Shown in pieces: positions 23,661 through 34,414 of a stretch of DNA of 35,528 nucleotides. Origin of the DNA: Chiloscyllium plagiosum (Eukaryota). Position 1 is the first letter of the stretch. Each line of letters begins with the position of its first letter. The stretch covers positions 3,737,707 to 3,773,234 of the forward strand of contig NC_057760.1 of assembly GCF_004010195.1 (NCBI RefSeq). The letters are read 5' to 3'. The translations under genes were made by a program, and so were the position numbers. The notes under the pieces are model-generated. The model did not search any database. It was not told the DNA's origin and worked only from the letters and a program-made list of their open reading frames with translations.

Positions 23661-24029
23661 GTTCTGGTGACTTTAATTCAGCTCAGATTCTTATGCCCAG
23701 GAATTCCACCAGTTTGCAGTTCATACTGATACCTATTAGTGATGTTAATTCATGAAATTGACATGTAAATACAGCAATTTAATGTAATTAAGTCCAATTC
23801 AGAACCAGTTCTTTTTGTTGCAAATGATCTCCCTTCCCTGCCCTAAAGGTATGGATTCTTACATGGGTGCAGTTCTGTGGGTGCTTAGAGCAGTTCACTT
23901 GGTTATCCTAATATTGACTGCAAAGGGTGACCCTGGGCTGGGATTCAGCAGGGTTTCAGTCTTGTCCTTGACTGATAATACAGACTTTCCAATTGAATCA
24001 GTGGATAACAATCAGCAGAAGGAATGTTG

Positions 24030-25305
24030 ACTCCCTAAGGGCTGGGTCCACTGCTTTTTGTTATTTATGTAGGTGATTTGGATATGAGCATAGGAAATAC
24101 AGTTAGTAAGTTTGCAGATAACACTAAATTTGGAGGGGTAGGGGACAGCGAAGAAGGTTACCTCACAGTACAATGGAATCTTGGTCAGATGTGCCAATGG
24201 GCCAAGGAGTGGCAGATGGAGCTTAATTTAGATAAATGTGAGGTGCTGCATTTTGGTGAGGCAAATCAGGGCAGGACTTATACACTTAATGGTAAGGTCC
24301 TGGCGAGTGTTGCTGAACAAAGAGAGACCTTGGTTTGCAGGTTCATTGTTCTTTGAAAGTGGAGTCGCAGGTGGATAGACTCATAGAGTCATGGAGATGT
24401 ACAGCACGGAAACAGACTCTTTAGTCCAACTTGTCCATGCTGACTAGATTTCCCAACCCAATCCAGTCCCACCTGCCAGCACCCGGCCCATATCCCTCCA
24501 AACCCTTCCTATTTATATACCCATCCAAATGCCTCTTAAATGTTGCAATTGTACCAGCCTCCACCACTCTGGCAGCCCATTCCATACACATACCACCCTC
24601 TGAGTGAAAACGTTGCCTCTTAGGTCTCTTTTATATCTTTCCCCTCCCACCCTAAACCTATGCCCTCTGGTTCTGGACTCCCCCACCCCAGGGAAAAGGC
24701 TTTGTCTATTTACCATGTCCCTCAATTTTGTAAACCTCTATAAGGTCACCCCTCTGCCTCCATCGCTCCAGGGAGAAGATCCCCAGCCTGTTCAGCCTCT
24801 CCCTATCGCTCAAATCCTCCAATCCTGGCAACATTCTTGTAGATCTTTTCTGAACCCTTTGGTAGTGAAGAAAGCATTTAGTATGCTTTCCTTTATTGGT
24901 CAGTGCATTGAGTATAGGGGTTGGGAGGTCTTGTTGCAGCTGAACATTGGTTAGGCCACTTTTGGAATATTGTGTGCAATTCTGGTCTCCCTCCTATCAG
25001 AAAGATGTTGTGAAACTTGAAAGAGCCCAGAGGTTTAGGTGAGAGTGGAAATATGTAAAAGGGACCTAAGGGGCAACCTTTTCATATAGAGGGTGGTGTG
25101 TGTATAGAATGAGCTGCCAGAGGAAGTGGTGGAGGCTGGTACAATTACAACATGTAAAAGGCATCTGGATGGGTATATGAATAGAAAGGATTTAGAGGGA
25201 TATGGGCCAAGTGCTGGCAAATGGGTCTAGTTTAGGTTTGGATATCAGGTCGGCATGGATGAATTGGACCGAAGGGTACATATCCGTGCTGTACATCTCT
25301 ATGAT
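24030..25305 (+). mobile_element. CR1 LINE 3' part
   Basis: KFADNTK..WQMELNLDKCEVLHFG; 3' tail at ~25300. Confidence 0.9.
24379..24859 (-). mobile_element. CR1 3' end inserted antisense in a CR1
   Basis: Host reading GTGGATAG|GGTAGTGAAGAAAGC is split by a reverse-oriented tail-containing copy. Confidence 0.88.
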
Positions 25306-25909
25306 ACCTGAAGTGTCTCAGATACCATCCTAGTGATACTAGCTTGTTTTCCTGCTGCCATTAGTCTGAATGGCTCACTATCATACCCAACAGTGCATTC
25401 ATAATGGTGCTACTACTCCTGATATCTTAATATATATTCAATCTTTCTCATTCTGTCAAAACTGGTATGTATCAGGTAAATTTAAGCAGATAAGAAGATG
25501 CTAGTGGGAGCTGTTGTGTGGGGGCAAAACTCAGTTCTACAGAAGTAAATGGAAAGAAAGATCAGGTGGGATATATAATTGGCCACAGCTTGTGAGCCTC
25601 ACCACCCCTGCTTCCCTCTCACCCCCCACCACCAGCAAAGTTTGATTTAATCCCCGGATTCAAGACTGACCCCAGTATAAGGATTTATAAATCCATGCAA
25701 CACCTTTGGCCAGTAAGGAGTACTCTTCCTCCTGCTCTTATTTGACACCATTCAGAAAGTGGACAGAATGTTATTTTTGTTAAATGGTTAGCTCTCCTTT
25801 GGTGGTGCTGAATGCTACTGAAGTGCAGTTCTGTAAGCACCATCATCCAGTATCTAACTATGGTGGCTATTGTTTATGCATTAGCTCACACAGAGGGTGT
25901 CATCACATA

Positions 25910-26310
25910 TAATAATCTGCATTCATATGGAGCCTATAACATAACAAATGTATCCCAAAGTGTTGTATGAGAGTTTAATCAACCAATATTTGACACCAAA
26001 AGATTGGTCAAACAGTTAGTTTTATGGAGCACCTTAACTAAGAGGTGGAAGTTTAGGTAGGGGATTCTAGAATTTAGGATACATGCAGTTGAAGGCTATA
26101 GTGATCCAACTGAAATCATGCATATGCAAAAGTTCAGAAAGGAGGAGATCCTAGAGATTTGTAGGGCTGAGAATGTACTAGAAATAACAACAGGCAAGAC
26201 TTTGGGGGTATCTGAAAACAAGATGGGAATTTTGAAATTACTGTGTTGCCAGACTAGATGCCAATTTAGACCAAGTTACTGTATTCAGCAACCAGAAAAA
26301 GCTTAGTCTG
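25910..26310 (-). repeat. Degenerate L2-type LINE fragment
   Basis: Starts with TGCATTCATATGG, the reverse complement of part of the tail at ~4107-4119; very diverged. Confidence 0.35.
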
Positions 26311-26439
26311 ATGTGGAGAATTAAATGGATAATAGAGGTTCTGGGAATAGAGATGCTGTGTTACACTACTTCAAAATGTTTGGTCTATTTCAACCGTTCT
26401 GCACCTTTCCATTTACTTTAGCTGCCTGTGTGATTAAAG

Positions 26440-26640
26440 TCATGATTTGGAGATGCCGGTGTTGGACTGGGGTGTACAAAGTTAAAAATCATACAACACC
26501 AGGTTATAGTCCAACAGGTTTAATTGGAAGCACACTAGCTTTCGGAACGACAATCACCTGATGAAGGAGCGTCGCTCTGAAAGCTAGTGTGCTTCCAATT
26601 AAACCTGTTGGACTATAACCTGGTGTTGTGTGATTTTTAA
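26440..26640. mobile_element. Family B fold-back element
   Basis: Inverted arms ~26480-26551/~26571-26642; 14-bp TSD CTGTGTGATTAAAG (26426-26439, 26641-26654). Confidence 0.88.
26555..26589 (+). ncRNA. Hammerhead motif (family B), intact core
   Basis: CAC-CTGATGA-A-GGAGCGTCGCTCT-GAAAG-CTA-GTG. Confidence 0.78.
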
Positions 26641-26832
26641 CTGTGTGATTAAAGGGTGATTTCCAGACAGCAATTTTTTTTCTCACCTCGCATTTTATTT
26701 TGCAAAACACTTTAAAACTTTGCCCTCTGGTTCTTGATCCTTTTGTGAGTGGGAGCAGTTTTTCCCTAACTATTGTGTCCAAAGCCCTCATGTTTTTGAA
26801 AACTTAGATGAAATTTTCCCTTCTTTCCTTCT

Positions 26833-28261
26833 AGTCCTCACATATCACCCCACCAATCTCTGAATCCAACGTATCATGCTCCACCATTTTCGCCACCTGC
26901 AGTCAGACCCCACCACCGAACAGATACAGAGGAACCTCGATTATCCGAATATCAATTATCCGAATTTTGGATTATCTGAAGAAGATCTCAAGGTCCCAAC
27001 AGAAACATTACATCTAAGAGGTGTTTCCAACACTGAATGCACCTTTTGTTTACAGTGACTAAAAATGAACCCGGCTTCCTGAAATGCTGCCGAGAACAGT
27101 CCTGGACATTGATTGGATCTCAGGCACCATCTCCAAATGACTGACTGTCCGCGTGTGCTCTCTCTCTCCCCACACTTTCCCTGGAGTTCTACACAGGGGC
27201 GTACCCTAACACCCCCTTTCCCAGATAATCTCTCCAACATTGTCCTGTACAGGGCAAAGGTGGAACCTGTCAAAAAGTTGCAGTAATGGGTTTTTTGTGT
27301 ATGTGTGTGTGCGTGCGCGCGCGCGCGCAGGGTTGGGGGATGTGCAGGGGGCAGGGTTGGGAGTGGGCGAGGGGGCAGGGTATGGGGAGCAGACTTAACA
27401 GAAGACTCTGAGCCCCAGAGGAGAGGCATTGAATCAATTAACCGAATGATCAATTATTTGAATGAGATAGTGACCGCCCATCTTGTTCAGATAAACGAGG
27501 TTTCTCTGTATATCCTTCCCCATAGGGACCATTCACTCCATGATTCAACCACAGGAAATGCAACACTTTCCCCTACACCTCCCCTCTCACCTTCATTCAA
27601 GGATCTAAATAATCATTTCAAATCCTGCAGATTTGCACCTCATCCAACCTGGTTTACTGCATCCGTTGGTCCCGATGTGGTCTCTTCTACTTCGGAGAGA
27701 CAAAGTGCAGACTCAGGAACCAGTTCACGGAGCATTTGCTCTCTGTATGCCCCAATGAATGCCACCTTCCGGTTGGCAGCCATTTCCAGGCCTCCTTCCA
27801 CTCCCTGGTGACATGTCCATCTTGGGTCTCCTCCACTGTCAAAATAAGGTTACACGTAAACTGGAGGAACATCATCTCCCATTCCATCTTTGGAGCTTAC
27901 AGCCCAATGGCCTTAACATCGATATCACCAGTTTCAAAATCTCCGCACTCCCAACCTTGTCCTATATCCAGACTTCCCTCTCCTCAACCAGATCTAACTT
28001 ATCATCTTCCACCTCACTTTCCCACTGACCAATCACAATAACCCCCTACCCGCATCCACCTATTACCATCCTACCTATCTTTTCCCAGCCACATTCCCTC
28101 CCTCTATTTATTTCCTTTCCCCCTCCTTGGTCCTGATGAAGGGTCCCAACCTGGAACATTGCCTTTCCTGCTCCTACAATGCTGCCTGACCTGCTGTGCC
28201 TTTCCAGCTCCACATTTTATCGACTCATGACTTCCAGCATCTGCAGTCCTTACTATCTCCA
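26833..28261 (+). mobile_element. Penelope-like element 3' part: GIY-YIG remnant plus family A-type 3' module
   Basis: HFRHLQSDPTT; from ~27631 ICTSSNLVYCIRWSRCGLFYFGETKCRLRNQFTEH; then MSILGL..RKLEE..LQPNGLNID; decayed hammerhead at 28133-28160. Confidence 0.88.
26927..27508. mobile_element. Tc1/mariner (Tigger/pogo-like) MITE
   Basis: TIR CAGAGGAACCTCGATTATCCGAA vs CAGAGAAACCTCGTTTATCTGAA; TA duplication (26925-26926, 27509-27510); interrupts the PLE ORF. Confidence 0.85.
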
Positions 28262-29929
28262 GTGTGTGCCACCTTTTTCATAATTGAAGTTCCTCATTCT
28301 TTGAACCATTCTTCTGAACCTTTTCCTTGTGATTTCCTTGGCAAATAGAAATTTTCTCTGGCTTCTGCTTTTCTAATATTTTGTAAATCAGTCCTTTGTA
28401 GGTTGCTCATGATTTAATTAACACAACCTTCATCCAGTCAGGGAGGTTAGACTAGTCTGTGATATTCTCACAGTTGAGCAGCCTAACACGAACCTATGCA
28501 GACTCAAAAAAAAACAGAATTGATTCGACAAGATTTGGAAGGTAAACAGAGTCATCTGTAAAAGGAGAGGAAATGAGGAGAAAATCAGGAAGAAGGTATC
28601 AATATACTTCTTGCGACCGAAAAGCAATCCTGATGAAAATACCACAAATGATGGTATATCCTGTTTTACAATTACACGGCTCGGAATGCTCTGAGTTTGT
28701 TGGAAACATTGCAAAAGTAAGAAAAAATACAATTTAAATGATATAGATCTCCATTTCTTCCCATTCTTTTGAGTTTTTGTGTTTAACAATATTTTGTACT
28801 ACTACATTCCAACCAAAGATAAAGCGTGACCGAGTAAAGTCAGTCAACATTGCACCAAGTGGTACAGAATAGATAGTTCACAATAGTTCACAGGGAGGAC
28901 AACTGAGATTTATGTACAGTTCAAATTAATCACGGTGCCCTTCCCAGTTTCATAAAGTGGTGATTTCAAACATAATATGGCAGAGATAGTTCATAAAAAT
29001 ATATAAAAGTACTGTAGAGTATCACTATTATCTTCGCACAGAAACTGTCATGAAGCCCTCAGAATTATGAAAAACCCACTACAATTTCCTTTGTGAGTGA
29101 CTTCCTAGTGACTGAAAGACTGAGACTCCAGCCATCTATTGTAATTGTGATCTAGCACAAGTCATTGATACATGATTCTGCAATCAATATGCCATATGAT
29201 TTTTTTGATAATTTAACGGGTAAATACAGCAACATTGGAGAAAATTGTCACTTTGAGTAGACGGTAATTGAAAACAGATAGGGCAGAATGCTCCCAGCCT
29301 TTGAATAACGGTGAGAAAGTTGGGAGATCAGAATATTCCCAACATTGAGTACAAAAGTCCCATTTTCCAACCTAGTATTGAATGGAGAGACTATACTGTC
29401 ATTAGTGATGAGAGATCTGTTTTCATAAATCAGCATGCATTAACATTCTCATTAATATATTATTTCATCTCATCAATATGGAAGGTTCCCGTTCTCTCAC
29501 CCACCACTTAGAAACTAGACAGCGACAATTCCCAACATGGAAGTATAGAGGTAACTGGTAAGTCCAGCTGCTTGCTCCTCTGGCCCTCCATCATGGACAG
29601 CAGTCACCAGAGTGTGAGACTATACTCTATGGGCAGCAACTGTGCATACCCCCTCATTTTGCAGTACATCTCGGTGTGTATCAGCAAAGTGAGGTGCAAA
29701 ATTGATGTACCTTGGGCAAATGACAAGAACCGAGCAGGACAGATGTGGACCTCAAGTGCTTGACATGGGTACATGACTGGGCTTCAAAGATGGCAATGGC
29801 ATCAAGATTTCTGGTAGGTCCTGGCAGTAGCCATTGTAGAATATGGGAGAATACAATGAGCCGAGTAAAATAAGAGCATGATACACAGAGCTTAAATTAT
29901 AGATCAGTACAGCACAAGTACAGGCTTTT

Positions 29930-30351
29930 GGAGGCTGAACAGGCTAGGGCTGTTTTCCCTGGAGCGTCGGAGGCTGAGGGGTGACCTTATTGAGGTGCAC
30001 AAAATTATGAGAGGTATGGGGATAGGGTAAATAGGCAAAGTCTTTTCCCTGGGGTCGGGGAGTCCAGAACTAGAGGGCATAGGTTTAGGGTGAGAGGGGA
30101 AAGATATAAAAGAGACCTAAGGGGCTCAGAGGGTGGTACGTGTATGGAATGAGCTGCCAGCGGAAGTGGTGGAGGCTGGTACAATTGCAACATTTAAGAG
30201 GCATTTGGATGGGTATATGAATAGGAAGGGTGTGGAGGGATATGGATCGGGTGCTGGCAGGTGGGACTAGATTGGGTTGGGATATCTGGTCGGCATGGAC
30301 GGGTTGGACCGAAGGGTCTGTTTCCATGCTGTACATCTCTATGACTCTATG
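29930..30351 (+). mobile_element. Young CR1 3' end
   Basis: RLGLFSLERRRLRGDL-coding region and tail CTCTATGACTCTATG. Confidence 0.92.
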
Positions 30352-30369
30352 TCTTGACAAGATGCTATT

Positions 30370-30710
30370 CTAAACTAATCCCATCTGTCTGTGGTCCATA
30401 GCCCTCTAATCTCTGCCTTTTCATGTGTCTAAGTGCTGCTTAAACTTTGCTATTGTATCTTCCATCAGCTCCCTGGCAGTGTGTTCCAGGCACCTATTAC
30501 CCTCTTCTGTAAAAAAAAAACACTTTCCTCGTGCATCTCCTTCAAATATTCCCCCTCTCATCTCAGACCTACACCCCATAGTGTTTGACATTTTCATCCT
30601 GGGAGAGAAACTACAACTATCTACCCTATTCATACCCCACATAATTTTATATACTTGTATCTAGTCTTCCCATAACTGCAACATTCTAGTGAAAGCAATC
30701 CAAGTTTGTC
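30370..30710 (-). mobile_element. Old CR1 fragment
   Basis: Decayed IQVYKIMWGMNRVD..FKQHLD. Confidence 0.7.
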
Positions 30711-30714
30711 TAAG

Positions 30715-31602
30715 ATGTAGTGGACAGCGAAAAAGATTACCTCAGAGTACAGTGGGATCTTGATCAGATGGGCCAGTGTGCTGAGGAGTGAAAGTTACAG
30801 TTTAATTTAGATATATGTGAAGTGCTGCATTTTGGAAAGGCAAATCAGGGCAGGAATTATACACTTAATGGTAAGTGGGAAGTGTCGCTGAACAAAGAAA
30901 CCTTGGAGTGCAGGTTCATAGCTCCTTGAAAGTGGAGATGCAGTTAGATAGGATAGTGAAGAATGTGTTTGGTATGCTTTCCTTTACTGGTCAGAGCACT
31001 GAGTATAGGAGTTGGATGTCATATTGCGGCTATACAGGATATTGGTTAGGCCACTTTTGGAATATTGTGTGCAATTCTGGTCTCCTGCCTATTGGAAGGA
31101 TGTTGTGAAACTTGAAAGGGTTCAGAAAAGATTTACAAGGATGTTGCCAGAATTGGAGGATTTGAGCTATAGGGAGAGTCTGAATAGGCTGGGGCTGTAT
31201 CCCGTGGTGCATTGGAGGCTGAGGGGTGAGCTAATAGATGTTTATAAAATCATGAGGGGCATGGATAGGATAAATAGACAAGGTCTTTTTCTTGGGGTGG
31301 GGAAGTCTAGAACTAGAGGATATGGGTTTAAGATGAGAGAAGAAAGATTTAAAAGGACCCTAAGGGGCAACCTTTTCATGCAGAGTGTGGCGTGTGTATG
31401 GAATGAGCTGCCAGAGGAAGTGATGGAGACAGGTACAATTACACCATATAAAAGACACCTGGATGGGGTATGAATAGGAAGGATTTAGAGAGTTTAGAGG
31501 CCAGGTGCTGGCATATGGGATTAGATTAGTTTTGGATATCTGCTTGACATGGATGGGTTGCACTGAAGGGTCTGTTTCCATGCTGTATATCTCTATGACT
31601 CT
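30715..31602 (+). mobile_element. CR1 LINE 3' part
   Basis: 153-aa ORF2 C-terminus (LEYCVQFWSP..WNELPEEV) and tail. Confidence 0.93.
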
Positions 31603-31619
31603 CCTAGTAGCCAGTACAC

Positions 31620-32820
31620 ACCAATCCAGGCAACATCCAAGTAAACCTCATCTGCACCCTCTCCAAAGCCTCCACATCCTTCCTATAGTGTGGCGACCAG
31701 AACTGCACACAGTGCTCCAAATGTGGTCTGATCAAAATGTTATACAGTTGCAGCATGATTTGCCAACTTTAATACTCACTGCCCTGACTAATGAAGACAA
31801 GCATGTCATATGCATTCTTTATGGCCTTATCCACTTGTGTTGCCACTTTCAGGGAGTTTTGGACTTCAACTTAAAAATCCCTCTAAAGATCATTGACTCC
31901 TAAGGGTCCAGCCATTTACATTTTACTTTCCTCTTGCATTTGACCTCACAAAATAAATCACCTCATTCCATCTGCCATTTCTCCGCCCAACTTTAATATC
32001 CTTCTTCACTATCTACAACTCCACCAACATTCCTGACATCTGCACAACTTATTAATCAGGCTTATTAATAATGTTTTCATCTAAATCATTTATATAAATA
32101 TTTATCAACAAAAGAGATCCAACACTCATTCTTGTGAAACACCACTGGTCACAGACCTCTAGTCAGAAAAACACCCCTTCGCAACTACCTTCTATGGCCA
32201 AATCAATTTTGTATTCAACTTGTCAACTCAACTGGATTCCACGTGATTTAAACTTCTGGACCAGCCTACCATGAGGAGCCTTGTCAATTACTTTAGTAAA
32301 GTCCATGTAGCCAACACTCACTGCCTTACCTTCCTCAATTATCTTCATCACTTCCTCAAAAACTCAATCTCCCCTGCATAAAGCCATGCTGACTATCTGT
32401 CATAACTCCATTCTCTAAATGCAAGTAAATCCTGTCCCCAAGAATCGTTTCCAATAATTTCCCTAACCAGCCCACAGTTTCCTGGATTGTCTTTGTTGCT
32501 GTTCTTTAACAAAGGAACAACATTGGTTATTCTCCATTCTTCTGGAACCTTAACTGTGGTTAAAAAGAATACAGAGATCTCCATCAAGGCCTCAGCAATC
32601 TCCTCCCTTGCCTCCTTCAGTATCCTGGGATAGATACCATCAGGTCCTGGGGACTTGGTACCTTAATATATTTCAACACACCCAATACCACCTTGCCTTT
32701 AATATTGACATGTCTTAGAAAATCAATGAACCTTTCTCTAAACTCACAGTCATCTGTGACTTTCTTAATGATAAATACTCATCCAAAGTACTCATTGAAG
32801 ACCTCACCAACTTCCTCTGG
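31620..32820 (-). mobile_element. Older CR1 RT fragment
   Basis: VPEEWRITNVVPLLK and other decayed RT motifs. Confidence 0.8.
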
Positions 32821-32822
32821 TT

Positions 32823-33561
32823 AGAGTCATAGAGTCATAGAGATGTACAGCATGAAAACAGACCCTTTGATCCAACCCGTCCATGCCGACCAGATATCCC
32901 AACCCAATCTAGTCCTACCTGCCAGAACCTGGCCCATATCCCTCCACACCCTTCCATCCAAATACCTCTTAAATGTTGCAATTGTACCAGCCTCCACCAC
33001 ATCCTCTGGCAGCTCATTCCATACACTGCGTGAAAAAGTTGCCCCTTAGGTCTCTTTTATATCTTTCCCCTCTCACCCTAAACCTATGCCCTCTAGTTCT
33101 GGACTCCCCGACCCCAGGGGAAAGACTTTGTCCATTTATCCTATCCAAGCCCCTCATCATTTTGTAAACCTCTATAAGGTCACCCCTCAGCCTCCGACGC
33201 TCCAGGGAAAACAGCCCCAGCCTGTTCAGCCTCTCCCTGTAGCTCAGATCCTCCAACCCTGGCAACATCCTTGTAAATCTTTTCTGAACCCTTTCAAGTT
33301 TCACAACATCTTTCCAATAGGAAGGAGACCAGAATTGCACGCAATATTCCAATAGGGGCCTAACCAATGTCCTGTACAGCCGCAACATGACCTCCCAACT
33401 CCTGTACTCAATACTCTGACCAATAAAGGAAAGCATACCAAACGCCTTCACTATCTTATCTACCTGCGACTCCACTTTCAAGGAGCTATGAACCTGCACT
33501 CCAAGGTCTCTTTGTTCAGCAACACTCCCTAGGACCTTATCATTAAGTGTATAAGTCCTGC
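32823..33561 (-). mobile_element. Young CR1 3' part
   Basis: ORF 33014-33589 ORF2 C-terminus; repeated TATGACTC tail at 32823-32841. Confidence 0.93.
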
Positions 33562-33564
33562 AGG

Positions 33565-33636
33565 GTGATGGTGGTATGGTGATGAGCATAGCTGCCTTCT
33601 AAGCAGTTGACCTGGGGTCGATTCTTGGCCATTGCA
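33565..33636 (+). pseudogene. tRNA-Gly(TCC)-derived pseudogene
   Basis: 72 nt colinear with vertebrate tRNA-Gly-TCC as recalled (GAGCATAGCTGCCTTC.AAGCAGTTGACC); anticodon now TCT; T-loop reads GTCGATT. Confidence 0.75.
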
Positions 33637-33709
33637 GTGTTGTGGTTTGTAAACAGCCTTTTAAAGGAAAGGCACTGGGATAAATCGAGGAGATAAATCT
33701 TTCTTTTTG

Positions 33710-34290
33710 AGTCAAACAGTCAGGGCAGGCAGGGACAAGGTAGGACTAATAAATTAAACTGCATTTTTTTCAATGCAAGGGGCCTAACAGGGAATGCAGA
33801 TGAACTCAGGGCATGGTTAGAAACATGGGACTGGGATATCATAGCAATTACGGAAACATGGTTCTGGGATGAGCAGAACTGGCAGTTTAATGTTCCAGGA
33901 TACAAATGCGGCAGGAAGGATAGAAAGGGAGGCAAGAGAGGAGGGGGAGTGGCATTTTTGATAAGGGATAGCATCATTTTTGATAAGGGATAGCATTACA
34001 GCTGTACTGAGGGAGGATATTCCCGAAAATACATCCAGGGAAATTATTTGAGTGGACTGAGAAATAAGAAAGGGATGATCACCTTACTGGGATTGTATTA
34101 TAGACCCCCCAATAGTCAGAGGAAAATTGAGAAACAAACTGGTAAGGAGATCTCAGCTATCTGTAAGAATAATAGTGTGGTTATGGTAGGGGATTTTAAC
34201 TTTCCAAACATTGACTGGGACTGCCATAGTGTTAAAAGTTTAGATGGAGAGGAATTTCTTAAGTGTGTGCAAGACAATTTTCTGATTCTA
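33710..34290 (+). mobile_element. CR1 ORF2 apurinic endonuclease fragment
   Basis: FNARGLTG..DIIAITETW, GGGVA, YYRPPN, MVGDFNFPNIDW; 22-bp tandem duplication at 33953-33996. Confidence 0.9.
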
Positions 34291-34414
34291 GTTCTCAACT
34301 TAAATTCCCTCCTTTGTAGATATTGAGGTGAGTTTGGGAAGATAGCATGAGAAAACCTGGGTATGCAGAGAGGAAAACCCTGCCATGAATCTCCTCATAA
34401 TTGACACTTAAAGA

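Noticed and set aside
28402..28523. Possible terminal exon (VAHDLINTTFIQSGEVRLVCD...KKKQN*)
   Set aside because: Plausible acceptor but no recognisable homology or partner exons; needs RNA-seq or tBLASTn.
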